A DNA stretch of 64,000 nucleotides from the human T2T-CHM13v2.0 reference genome, Homo sapiens: NCBI RefSeq assembly GCF_009914755.1, contig NC_060929.1, one strand, 5' to 3'. Below are positions 31,318 through 44,777 of this stretch, in pieces (positions within the stretch are counted from its first letter, which is position 1; every line of letters starts with the position of its first letter). The notes beneath the pieces were generated by a model that was given only the letters and a program-made list of their open reading frames with translations, did no database searches and was not told where the DNA came from. Made by a program: the position numbers and the translations under genes.

Positions 31318-31545
31318 TAAGGAAGAAAGGGAGGAAAGGAGAAAGGAAAGAAGGAAGGAAGGAGGAAGGAATGAATTGAAAGAAAGAGGGAGAGGAAGGA
31401 AGGAGGGAGGGAGGGAAGAAAGAATTCAGAAAGAGAGAGAGTGAAAGGAAGGAGAATGAAGAAAGAAAAGAAGGAAAGAAAGGGGGAAGAAAGAAAAGAA
31501 GGAAAGAAAGAGGAAAGAAAGAAGGGAGAAAGGATGAAGGAATAG
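31318..31545 (+). repeat. GA-rich polypurine tract (GGAA/GAAA)
   Basis: Direct reading. Confidence 0.93.
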
Positions 31546-33689
31546 CAAAAAACCCGATTAGAGAGAGGTAGCTGAGTCTTTGGGGGTTGTTGTGAGAAGC
31601 GTGGCATAGAGGGAGAGACAGCCACAGAACACTTTTTAAGAAGCCTTTTTGAGTGTAAGTCTTTTTGAGTGTGTCTTTTTTTTTCCCCACTAAGTACTCT
31701 CGGCCCAAATCCCCAAAAGAAAATAAGCGCTTGGAGATAAACACATCTTCTAGGGAAGTTTCTTTTCCCTCCCCAGGAACATTGCTGGGAAGGTTTCTAG
31801 AGAAGGGAAAATGGGTCCCAAATGGCTGAGTCATTCAACATACAACAAGCAAATGGTCAGGGCTGGCCGGGGAGGGAGTGCGGGTGGCGCTCAGGTTGTC
31901 TCCATGGCCAGCCCACACGGCCCCGTCTCATGGCTGGAATGACAATTGTCACCACCGAGGTCCTTACTACTGTCCCTGCCCCAGGGCTGCTCGGTCTCAA
32001 GGGCCTCCTGGGATGCTCCCTGGGCCTTTGCTCCAAAGCTGCAGAGCCCAGCCACAGATGAACCGGATCCTTAGCCTGGCCAGGGCCTCGCCCCAAACTG
32101 GGAACGGAGCTACGTCCCAGCCTCTGTCCTGCTTGGCTGATGTGATTCCGCCTTCGCCCCCAAGTCTAGCCAGGCCCCGGTTGGAGCTGGAGCTGGGAAG
32201 AGAGATAGGGGAACATTCTAGGGAAAGAATCATAGGTGCAGGGCACTCTGAAAAGTTGGGATTGCTACCCTATTTTATGGATGAGGAAACAGAGGCTTAT
32301 GGAGGACAAGAGACTCGCCAAAGATCACACAGACAGGAAGAGACAGGGCTGGAATCGGAGCCCTGGCCTGTTGGTCTCTTCAGCTGCCTTTTCCCTCTCT
32401 GCTGTAGGTCAGTATCTATGGAGGTGGAGGTCATACGCTTCTTTTTCTCCCAGGTGATGTTTGCCAAATCATTTTAAAGAAAAAAAAATAAGGCAAAAAC
32501 AAGGAGAGTAGATATTTTGGGTCAGAAGATGACCTCTGATCTACTCAAACTGGGCTCAGATGCAGCAACCAAGAGGGCAAATGTCTTTTTCCCTTAAGAG
32601 TTGATAGGTATTGACTGAGCCTGGATCCTTGCTGGACTCTGCTGGGGACTTGGGAGACAGCCATGGATAGGACAGATGTGGGCCTTGCCTTCATCAACTC
32701 CATAGTCTAAGCCTGGCTACCATCTGACCCCAGTCAAGCTGGTACTTGGTAGTGTGGCACCCCGGGCCCTATAGTCCCATGTCACTTGACGTAATGTCTT
32801 GGGCTTTTGGTCCTAGGCAGGGCTGAATTGGGAAGGGATGGGGAAATTGAAAAGGAGGGGCAGATGGTTAACTAGCTGGGACATGCAGGGATGGGGTGAC
32901 CTGGAGCTTTCATAAAAGAAAGGGGATGAGGGGAGGAGGGAATGTATATTTAGAAATAAAGAGTCTGACCAATTTAATGGAGAGAAGAAGGGAAAAAAAT
33001 CCAAGTCCCCGCAGTAACCTGTTTGCAGGAGCTGCCTAATTTAGCAGTAAAGCATACACACTGGCCCTGGCATGGGCTGGTGGAAGGTATTTCCTCCCCA
33101 GCCTGGGTCAAGTTTCATTCATAGGTACTGTCTAAAATTAGACCCTCTGCTTTCATTCTGGTCCAAACTCCCTGCCTAGCGTAATATTTGGGAGAAACAC
33201 TCCCATTAAAAGTGCGCCTTCCTCCCAACGGCCCCTGGCCTGGGAAGGGCTGGGTCCTGTCCTCGCTGGCGGCCGCTGCGGCTCATAAACCCGGGTCTAA
33301 ATTCAAAGCATCCGCTCTGACTGGTGACCTCTGGCTCCTGAGCAAACCATGCCGCCTCTTCCAACTCACACCCAAGGCCTGGCCAGGTCACTGGGAGGGA
33401 CCCATTTCACGCCTGTGACCTTCTGTCGAGGGGAGTGTGAGGGCAGCTCCTCCTCGAAGGGAAGAGGGGCCGGACACCCCTGGGGCCATGTGCTGGGGCC
33501 TCTTGTGGGGGCATGTCCTGCTGTCCTCTCTTCTGGGCTCAGAGAGCCTGCCAGCTAGACTGGCCTGTTTTATCTTTATTATTATTTTTCTCCAAATTAA
33601 TGTAACATCAAAGAAAGACTCAGTGAGACGGGAATCAGCACCGTGTTCGGGCTGCTTTATTCATTTAATAGGCATTGACTGAGCTTCTT

Positions 33690-34150
33690 GTGTTTGAAGT
33701 CTTTTGGTGGTAACAGAAATGAGGACACTGTGGGAGCGCCCGGCCTCCTAGAGTCAGACTCCAGCCAGGGATGGGCTGGAACCCCAAACCAAACATGGTG
33801 GGAAGCCCCAGAAGTGTTTTCTCTTTATCTCTTGCCTCTACTTCTCTCCTAGCTGGGTTTTAACTCTTCTCTCATGGTCTGCGGGCCCTTCTGCTCCTCG
33901 GTCACCGCAGCAGAACGGGGATCTTGTTCCTATGGGCTCTGTTCCAACCATCTGTGCAGAGCTTGACTCTTCTTCCTGGGTTCCAGTTCCAAAGCCCCAG
34001 GGAAGGTTTCTAATGGGCTTAGCTTCTACCAGGTGCCTGCCTCTAGACAGCGCCAGGGGCGGGGCCATTTACTAGCATGACTATTCTGCTGGACTCGTGT
34101 GAATGGCATGAGGAAAAGAAGTGAAGGGGCAGTTTGAACACCATGCAGTC
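33690..34150 (-). mobile_element. Old MLT1-like LTR relic
   Basis: tttggtggtaacagaaa...ccagttccaaagccccagggaaggtttctaatgggcttagctt; diverged. Confidence 0.5.
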
Positions 34151-34344
34151 ACTACTCAGCTAGGGGCCTGTGGAAACACAGCAAAGGATCTTAACTCAGG
34201 CTTGGCAGGTCAGGGAAGCTTCTTGGAAGACCTGGAAGGTAACCTCTGAGCTGGGTGAGTTGGCTTTAGTCAGGACCTGAGAAGGAAGGGTAGGGAAGGC
34301 TGTTCAAAGAACAGCCCAGGCGAAGACCTCAGGGCAAGATCCAG

Positions 34345-34530
34345 AACTGTGGGGTAGGAATCCCAGCAGCACTGCGTGCCTGCTGTGCCAACCTTGGGCA
34401 GGTCACTGCACTCTCTGGGCCTCGGTTTTCTCATGTGCAAATGGGAATCCTAACACTCTTCTGGAGTTATGAGGATTCAGTGAGATCACGCCTGTAGTAG
34501 TAGCTGGCACTGGCTGGGGGGCAGGGCGTG
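34345..34530 (+). mobile_element. MIR SINE
   Basis: ccttgggcaggtcactgcactctctgggcctcggttttctcatgtgcaaatggg. Confidence 0.85.
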
Positions 34531-34744
34531 CATTGAATCTGTCAGCCCTGGGTGGAGACACCCTTTCTGGTCAAGTAGTATTCCATCAGCTGGTTCCTTT
34601 GCACCTTCAGGTCTCAGCTCAGACATCACAGGGACATCACCAGAGAAGCCCTCCCCGACCAGCCTTCAAAATGCACTTTCCTTTCAGATCCTAATATGCC
34701 ATCTTGTTTCGGCCACAGGGTTTTTCTCAACATGCAGTGAGGGC

Positions 34745-34821
34745 TGGGGTGAACAATGAGAAGGAGTCTTAGGGGAGGTTAGCAGGGCCACTCAGAAGGC
34801 AGCGCCACAGCTGCCACAAGC
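34745..34821 (-). repeat. Inverted copy of 35596-35672 (77 bp, 4 mismatches)
   Basis: Direct reverse-complement comparison; flanked by CATGCAGT direct repeats. Confidence 0.95.
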
Positions 34822-37249
34822 ATGCAGTTCAAAGGCTTCGGTGCTTGAGCCCCTTACCCAGACTGAAAGTATCCGGAAAACTGGGGTGGAGTCCTAACCA
34901 CCCTGTTCCCCAAGACTGCTCCAACTGGGCTTTTGAAGTTGGGAAGGGAACTCTGTCCCTAGGCTGCCTGGGACGTTGAGTCCTAGGGCCCCAGTGGAGG
35001 CTCCTCACCCTCCCCACCTCACTGGTACTCAAATGGATGAGCTCCGCCTTGCAGAGTTGTAGACTGATGCTGAGAGAGACAAGAGCGGGGCTGGCCCAGG
35101 CGGCCACATCACCAGCCTTGGGGTCATGACTTAACATCATCAGTCCTGGCAGAAAGGCTGACCCCCCTCTTCCCATGGCCCACCACTTACCCCCTCCAGC
35201 CCGCACACAACTGATTCTGAAAGGAGGATGTGAGCACACATGTTTCTTTGGAAGGTAATTCCAGAAAGTGCTGGCAAGGGGAACAGGGCTATGAGACAGA
35301 GAAGGGCTATGAGACAGAGAAGGGCAGGAGGTCAATATGGGGGTCGTTAGTGGTGTGGGTCTGGGAGTGGTGTGGAAAGTGTGCCTTTCAGGCTGCCCGC
35401 CAGGAAGTGGGAGCAAAGTGTTCCATGCCAGGCCCACGGCCATCGTTTGAGGGGCCCTGCAGGGGATGTTAGCTCCCCATACCTCTGGCTTGTCCTGTGT
35501 GTAGTTAGCTTTCAGATAGGTCATAAGAGCTTCACTTGGTCACCTCTGGGTCAACATGCAGGGTAATGGAGAGTGAGGAGGGTGTATGGACAGGGGCTTG
35601 TGGCAGCTGTGACCCTGCCCTCTGAGTGGCCCCGCTAACCTCCCCTAAGACTCCTTCTCATTGTTCACCCCACGCCTTACCCCAAGGACCGCCTCACTGA
35701 TTCCTGAGCGCTGACTTTCTACTGGTCCATCAACCCCTGATGAGTTGCCCACCCTAACTCCACCAGGACTCTTCATGTCCCCACTTAACCTTCCGTTGGC
35801 TCCTGTTCTCTTAGCTCAGCTCCTGCCATCACCCCTGTACGGGGGCTTGGGGATGTGAGTGGGATTGGGCTAGACATCCTCGCCGGAACAGCGGGAGGGT
35901 GGGTCCATTTCCTGAGCATCTCCTCCTGGGAGCTTCCCTGGCCTGTAGAGTGAGTCATGTCCTCCGCCTCCCCCTACTGGGCCCCCTCCCCGTCTCAGAG
36001 AGGGATGCACTCCTGCCCTGGTCCGGCCTGCTTCCTCCCATTTCCCATTGAGGAGCAGGGATTTGTTCAGGCCCAAGTGGTCTGGGGGACCATGGGCCCT
36101 CCAGCTGGGCTCAACAGTTGAGCCCCTTGTTGAGCGGCCTTGGGGAAAAGTGCTCAGGTGTTCTATGTGGCTCACCAGGTCCTGGAGGCACCAGGTGGCT
36201 CAGTTCTCTTGGGGCCCTGGACAAGGGAGGGAACATACTGCCCCTGTCGCTGCAGCACGGCTCTGAGGAAAGTTCATCATTGCTCTTCTACCACTGAGGA
36301 CCAGCGGCTCAGAGAAGGTCAGTTCCTTGCCCACGGCCACATAGCCAGCCGGTCTCAATCCAAAACCCAGGGTTCTAAATCCTCGGGATTACTGAGCAGC
36401 GGTGTGTCCAGAACTGTGCTGTTCACCCTGAGAGGGGCAAAGGGAAATATTACCCGGGCCACCCTGGGGAGCCTGGTAGCGCGGCTGAGCTGCAAGTGCT
36501 AAGGGCAAGGCCTGGAGGTCATGTACCTACATCACTTCTGCCTTCATCCCATCGGCCAAACTTCAGTCACATGGCACAAGCAGCTACAAGGCTGGGAGAT
36601 ACAGTCTGGAAGAGGAGACCAGGGTTTGGGAAAGCACTAGCAGCATCGGCCTCAAGTCTGTGTGTGAAAGCGAAGGGCAGGGCCTCCTTTCTGCTTCGGA
36701 GTTGACAACCTGACTGCCCTCCACCACGTTTCACTGTCCCCCACATGGGTCTCTGTTCTTCAGAGGGCCACAGCTCAAGCTGTCCGGCCCACATCCTGGA
36801 GCTCTGGGATGGCAGTCTCCCATTCCAGGCGCTCGAGCCTCACAATTTTTGATGCCCGTGTGCTGTACTCCCCCCATAATGGCCCACAGTTGTGGAGGTG
36901 TGCCTGGCTTGACTGACCGATGGGGATTCCCGTGTGAGAAAAAAAGGTAAGGCCCGCTGTGCAGGGGATAAGCCCCTCGCAATGATCTCCCTGGTCTCTG
37001 TCACACGTCCTCCTTTCAAAAGCTCGCCTGGATTTTGGAAGATTATCTTCCTGACCCATAGATATTGACCTTGCCCCCACGTTCATCCCTCTTTCCTGCA
37101 GCAGGGGATTTCCACAGGCCTAATTTACCCAGACTGGAAGTAATACCATGGTAGCCCCCAAGCCCCACAGAACAGGACACCATGTGGTTTTGACATGCTG
37201 TGTTCTGTAGAACTATCCAAAGCTGCTGTGGGCCCACCAAGCCTCGCTC

Positions 37250-37741
37250 CTTTTTTTTTTTTTTTTTTTAATTTTACTTTAAGTTCTGGGATACATGTGC
37301 AGAACGTGCAGGTTTGTTACATAGGTATACATGTGCCATGGTGGTTTGCCGCACCCGTCAACCCATCATCTAGGTTTTAAGCCCTGCATGCATTAGGTAT
37401 CTGTCCTAATGCTCTCCCTCCCCTTGCTCCTCACCCACCGACAGGCCCTGGTGTGTGATGCTGCCCTCCCTGTGTCCGTGTATTCTCAGTGTTTAATTCC
37501 CACTTATTGGTATTCTGTTCCTGTATTAGTTTGCTGAGAATGATGGCTTCCAGCTTCACCCATGTCCCTGCAAAGGACATGAACTCATTCTTTTTTGTGG
37601 CTGTGTAGTATTCCATGATATATATGTGCCACATTTTCTTTATCCAGTCTATCACTGATGTGCATTTGGGTTGTTGGTTGCTTGCTATTGTAAATAGTGC
37701 TGCAACATACATGTGCATGTATCTCTATAGAAGAATGATTT
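37250..37741 (-). mobile_element. 5'-truncated L1PA7/8-like element
   Basis: Poly-T then antisense 3' UTR (ttaagttctgggatacatgtgcagaacgtgcagg); TSD agcct(c/t)gct(c/t)cttt. Confidence 0.92.
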
Positions 37742-37914
37742 AGCCTTGCTTCTTTATGGTTTCTTCACCACTGTGAGTTGTAAACATGATTCTTTTTCTG
37801 ATTGCCCATGCAGAGGCTGACTGCTGGGTTGATCCCCCCATACCAAGACACATGCACACCACACACAGTGTATATTTCTACCAGACATTTATTCTCAGAA
37901 ACAATTTTTTCTTC

Positions 37915-38290
37915 CCCAAGGAGGTCAAACTTTAAATGCATGCAGTGGTCAGGAAGCTCACATCACTGAGTATACCAGGGCCAGCTCTAGGACGATCAAT
38001 GGTGACCCACAGCCTGTGCTGAAAGAGGCCAGTGGGTAGGGGCAGTGGCCTTGGCCAGCGTGTGACCCACTTCAAGGGGGAGCCCACCACGGAGCTCCAG
38101 GCAACCACTGCTGTGCAGGACAGGAGCTCACTGGGGTCCCATCATCTCATGCTTCAAAAGAAGCCAGAAAACTATTTCATCTTCCAAAAAATGGGAAATC
38201 TTTCATTTTAAAATGTGGGCAAAGCCAAATTTAAAACACTATGTGAGTGAAATGTCTGCCACAACTGAACCTGGGCTGTGTCAGTCTAAG
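37915..38290. mobile_element. MER102-like hAT relic
   Basis: ttcaaaagaagccagaaaa...ttttaaaatgtgggcaa; similar to the 18.7 kb copy. Confidence 0.55.
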
Positions 38291-38336
38291 ACTTATGCTT
38301 GGAACCTGTAAGAAGAACAAGTGTGCGTGCATGCAT

Positions 38337-38362
38337 GTGTGTGTGTGTGTGTGTGTGTGTGT
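38337..38362 (+). repeat. (TG)n microsatellite
   Basis: Direct reading. Confidence 0.95.
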
Positions 38363-39524
38363 TTGGAGGGATAGTGAAGTTTTTTCCTACAGCTACAAAT
38401 AGAACATGCTTTCCTATACAATTGTACTAATCAATATTATTTCCTTACATTATCTCCAGCCATTTCCCTATAATTAGACATTCAGATTATTTCAAGGTTG
38501 TTATTCCTATAAACAGTGATGTGATGAATTTTTTAAAGTTGGTTCCTCACATCCGTCTGTTCTTGTAAATGTATCCATCATAGAACTGGACCACAAAGGT
38601 TGGTTCCTAAGATTATCTTCTCCTTTAAACTGACCTCCTTGAGAACAAAGGACATCTTATTTTTTTTTCTGAGTTCCCATGGCCTAGCACTTCTGTGATC
38701 CATAGCACTCTGCTTAGATCATAGAAGGCATTTGGCAATATTCATTAAATGAAGAAATAGGGTCAGAAAAGAAAGAAAATTAGCTTTACAACGCCATCAG
38801 AGAAAAACTTCAAATGATTTGTACAGCTGAGCCACAGTAATGAAAGCAGTCTTTTGGGGGAAGACATAGACATATTTCTTTGCTAATGTCACCCTATACC
38901 ACTAAGTCACCCCTTTCCATCCTGGAATCTACCTTGTCCCCATCAATACACTTAAGGTTTGTATTATGGAACACAAAAGACAATTCAAATTTCCCTGGAA
39001 TAATGATTATGACTGAATTCACAAACTTGAGGTTTGTATTTTATTTTTCAACAGAAATTAAAATCAAGTCGAGTCTTCAAATGATAGATGGACAGGAAGC
39101 CCAAGATCTCCCTCCTGGGCACCTCCTCCCTTGAATTACCAAAGATCTCCAGTGGTTTATATGATCTGAAACTTGTAATGGACTCTGAGAGTGGGGACCT
39201 CCTAACAATTTTCACCCTAGGCACCTTGCTTCCCTTACACAAAAGAAAAAAACCATGCCAAGGTACAGTACCAGCTTATTGAAGGAGGCAGTTTCTCTCC
39301 CAGTGATGATGGGCTGGAATTCCTCATAGATGTGTTGTTTCCTTGGCTGCTATGGGCCTCTGTTCTTGTGTTTGAGTGGCAAGGCCCAAGGGAGAGGGAA
39401 TAATTGCATCTTCTCCATCTAATCCTTTCCAATATGAATAAAAGAAGGGCATTTCCTTTCCATATAGGCAAAGGGGAAAATGCCAACATTAAGAACATGG
39501 GAGTGGCATCCTTCTCCTTTATGA

Positions 39525-39697
39525 TTGTCTTGCTAATGGGTATGGGGCTTCTTTTTGGAGTGATGAAAATGGTCTGGAATTACATGGTGGCGATGGTTGT
39601 ATAGCAGCCTTGTGAATACAGCACTAAAAAACTGAATTGTACATGTTAAAAGGGTAAATTTTATGGTTTGTGAATTATATTTCGATTTAAAAAAACA
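39525..39697 (+). mobile_element. L1M (MB-like) 3' end
   Basis: ctaatgggtatggggcttctttttggagtgatgaaaat...ttttatggtttgtgaattatatttc. Confidence 0.85.
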
Positions 39698-40499
39698 TTT
39701 GAAGACTGAGTTTACAGCCATTTGCCTCCACCCTCTGCCATCTGCGCTCTTCTGCTGGCCTGGGACCTGGACTCTGTCCCTGCCGAGCTGCCCCTCCCTG
39801 AATCTGGATCCTGGGCCGAAGCTCACTCTGCAGAGGAGCTGGCCAGGCCTGGCTCAGGGAGTCCAGGGAGCCCCTATGAGCCACAGACCACTTGTGCTGA
39901 AGGGTAGATTTATGGCCTGGAGGCCCCCAGCGTAAAAATGAGTGTGGGATGGGGCCAGTGGACAGAGGCTGCTACACGGGTAACCAGCGACTGGAAATAA
40001 GAATGTTTTCTTTCCTAACTCCGGGAGAGAAAAGGGGCAGTGTAGTCCCAAATGAAGAAAGACAAGATCCCTGTATTCTGAATGTCGTAGCTGAAAAACA
40101 GCATTGAAATGATTTTAGGTGACAGATAGGTAATTATTTTTTATGGGATTCTACTGATGTACATTTGATTTTTAAAAAAATCTTGGTTCAGAATAATTTT
40201 GGCTTGTTATCACTTTAAACTGAGACCCTCAAATCTCCCGAGATCAGATGACACACTGGTCCACCCTTACGGAGGGAAATTTTCTCTCCTCCTGCTTCTG
40301 CACTGGGTGAAAGTAGGGTGAGGGGTCCTGTTCTGCAGCTGGACAGGGGTCTTTTTGTGCTCTTTAATTAGGAGAGGGAAGGATGGAAAGCTATGTTACA
40401 GAAGAAATGATCTAAGTCTTCAAATAATACATACTTTTAACTGTTAAGTCATTTTGAGAATACTTTATCCTCAGTGCAGTGCATCTTCTCAAACATTCG

Positions 40500-41412
<913 letters not shown>

Positions 41413-41481
41413 TTACCTACCTTAAATGATACAGTACATAATGTTTTAAATACTTTTAGCATGTATTATAGAGCTTAAAAT

Positions 41482-41927
41482 TTATTTTTTCTTTTTAAAT
41501 GTTAGATTCAGGGGTACATGTGCAGGTTTGTTACATGGGTATACTGTGTGATGCTGAAGTTTGGGCTTTGATTGGACTTGTCACCCAAATGGTGACCATA
41601 GTACCCAATAGGGAGTCTTCAACCCTTGTCCTCCTTCATCCCTCTCCTCCTGTAAGGTCCCCCGTGTCTATTGTTCCCAACTTTATATCTGTGTGTACCC
41701 AATATTTAGCTCCCATTTATAAGTGAGGACATGCAGTATTTGGTTTTCTGTTTCTGCATTAATTTGCTTGAGATAATGGCCACCAGCTGCATCCCTATCG
41801 CTGGAAGGCGATTTTGTTCTTTTTTATGGCTTCATAGTATTCCATGGTGTATATATACCACATTTTCTTTATTCAATCCACCACTGATGGCACCTAAGTT
41901 GATTCCATGTCTTTGCTACTGTGAATA
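41482..41927 (-). mobile_element. 5'-truncated old L1PA 3' end
   Basis: Antisense 3' UTR; TSD atagagctta. Confidence 0.9.
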
Positions 41928-42779
41928 ATAGAGCTTATATTTTTTAAAAAAAGGAACAAAGGAAAAGAAAATGAAGGCCAAGTGGAGATCATGAGAATGA
42001 CAAAATAAACAAGAGGACCTACCAGATCCAAAGTTTTGATAATTCTCACTTCTGGAGTAGATCACAGCTTACTGGGGTTGGGGGGCAATTAAGGACTGCC
42101 GTTCAGTGTCTATGCTTTCCAAATTTCTTTGAAGACTGTCATGAGTACAAACACTGACATTTTCTTTCTGAACCACTTCCTCAGGGTGGTGTGAAGCTGG
42201 AAGGGGAGGGTAAATCATAGGAATGGTAATAACAACGGCAAGAGCTGTGCATACGGTAGGGGGTTACTGCTACTGGCCCCCACCAAGCCCACACCACACC
42301 GTCTCACTGAATCCTCCAGCAACTCTCGGAAAGGTCTCTTTGCTTCCAGCTGAGAGGTGAGGTGACTGAGGATGTAGGTCGCACAGCTAAGGATGCCAGC
42401 ACTGTCTCCTTACCTGTCTGTCAGGCTCACAAGTAAATGGTCTCCGTGCAGAAGAGGCATCTGGCAACTGACTGTGCTGTCTGCCCAGAAGTGGATGTGG
42501 CAGTGGAGAGCAGTGGGGTGAAGCCACGGTAGCCCTAGGTCATTCCTCAGGCTCTCCCATTCACTCCTGCAGGGAAGGGGTTCACGCTGGGAGGGCTGCT
42601 TTTGTGGGGGCTGAACTGGCACCCACCAGGCTCCACAAGTCTTTCCACTTCTCATTCTTTTAGCTCAATCTCTAGCTGTGTTCCATATTTCTCCCTGTCA
42701 CCATCACTGTCACCCAGGCGAGTCTAGCCTGTGTCAGCTCTCAGAAGAGTCTCTTTTACCAGCTTTTTAAGAATGTGTT

Positions 42780-44743
42780 TAGATGATGGGGTTTCCTAAA
42801 TATACAATCATGTCATCTGCAAACAGAGAGACAATTTGACTTCCTCTCTTCCTATTTGAATACTCTTTATTTCTTTCTTTTGCTTGATTGCCCAACTTCA
42901 GCAAAGTCTCAGGATACAAAATCAATGTGCGAAAATCACAAGCATTCCTATACACCAATAATAGACAAACAGAGAGCCAAATCATGAGTGAACTCCCATT
43001 CACAATTGCTACAAAGAGAATAAAATACCTAGGAATACAACTTACAAGGGATGTGGAGGGCCTCTTCAAGGAGAACTACAAACCACTGCTCAAATAAGAG
43101 AGGACACAAACAAATAGAAAAACATTCCGTGCTCATGGATAGGAAGAATCAATATCATAAAAATGGCCATAGTGCCCAAAGTAATTTATAGATTCAGTGC
43201 TATCCCCATCAAGCTACCATTGCCTTTCTTCACAGAATTAGAAAAAACTACTTTAAATTTCATATGGAACAAAAAAAGAGCCCGTATAGCCAAGACAATC
43301 TTAAGCAAAAAGAACAAAGCTGGAGGCATCATGCTACCTGACTTTAAACTATACTACAAGGCTATTGTAACCAAAACAGGATGGTACTGGTGCCAAAACA
43401 GATATATAGACCAATGGAACAGAACAGAAGCCTTAGAAATAATGCCACACATCTACAACCATCTGATCTTTGAATAACCTGACAAAAACAAGCAATGGGA
43501 AAAGGATTCCCTGTTTAATAAATGGTGTTGGGAAAAGTGGCCAGCCATATGCAGAAAACTGAAACTGGACCCCTCCCTTACACCTTATACAAAAATTAAC
43601 TGAAGATGGATTAAAGACTTAAATGTACAACATAAAATCATAAAAACCCTAAAAGAAAACTTAGGCAATACCATTCAGGACATAGGCATGGGCAAAGACT
43701 TCATGACTAAAACACCAGAAGCAATGGCAACAAAAGCCAAAATTGACAAATGGGATTTAGTTAAACTAAAGAGCTTCTGCACAGCAAAAGAAACTATAAT
43801 CAGAGTGAACAGGTAACCTATAGAATGGGAGAAAATTTTTGCAATCTATCCATCTGACAAAGGGCTAATATCCAGAATCTACAAGAAACTTAAACAAATT
43901 TACAAGAAAAAAAACAAACAACCCTATCAAAAAGTGGGTGAAGGATATGAACAGACACTTCTCAAAAGAAGACATTTATGTGGCCAACAAACATGAAAAA
44001 AAGCTCGGCATCACTGGTCATTAGAGAAATGCAAATCAAAACCACAATGAGATACCATCTCACGCCAATTAGAATGGCAATCATTAAAGAGTCAGGAAAC
44101 AACAGATGCTGGAGAAAATGTAGAGAAATAGGATCACTGTTACACTGTTGGTAGGAGTGTAAATTAGTTCAACCATTGTGGAAGACAGTGTGGCGAATCC
44201 TCAAGGATCTAGAACCGAAAATACCATTTGACCCAGCAATTCTGTTACTGGGTATATACCCAAAGGATTACAAATAATTTTACTATAAAGGCACATGCAC
44301 ACGTATGTTTATTGCAGCACTATTCACAATAGCAAAGACTTGGAACCAACCCAAATGCCCATCAATGATAGACTGGATAAAGAAAATGTGGCACATACAC
44401 ACTGTGGAATACTATGCAGCCATAAAAAAGGATGAGTTCATGTCCTTTGCAGGGACATGGATGAAGCTGGAAACCATCATTCTCAGCAAACTAACACAGG
44501 AACAGAAAACCGAACACTGCATGTTCTCACTCATAAGTGGGAGTTGAGCGATGAGAACACATGGACACAGGGAGCGGAACCTCACGCACCGGGGCCTGCT
44601 TGGGGGGTGGGAGGCTAGGAGAGATAGCATTAGGAGAAATACCTAATGTAGATGACGGGTTGATGGGTGCAGCAAACCACCATGGCACGTGTATACCTAT
44701 GTAATAAACCTGCACGTTCTGCACATGTATCCCAGAACTTACA

Positions 44744-44776
<33 letters not shown>

Positions 44777-44777
44777 G
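42780..44777 (+). mobile_element. L1PA7/8-like element, 5'-truncated with 5' inversion; ORF2 disrupted
   Basis: 42780-42893 is antisense ORF2 (LFADDMIVYL); 42893-44745 is sense ORF2 plus 3' UTR; TSD agaatgtgtt at 42770 and 44778; tail is (TA)n. Confidence 0.95.

Noticed and set aside
31163-31834. 223-aa hydrophobic minus ORF
   Set aside because: Translation of the GA-rich tract plus an L1 end.
32385-32460. Polypyrimidine-AG|GTCAGT as a recursive splice site
   Set aside because: Motif alone is common; no host long intron is established.
35285-35325. 18-bp tandem duplication (similar small ones at 4725, 31645, 50190)
   Set aside because: Ordinary slippage duplications with no sign of function.
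34745-35672. Inverted arms as the TIRs of a new DNA transposon
   Set aside because: The direct repeat brackets only the left arm, not the whole unit; no transposase trace; arms near-identical while the interior looks old.
42888-44547. L1 ORF2-like ORFs as an active reverse transcriptase
   Set aside because: Truncated, inverted and broken by stops and frameshifts.
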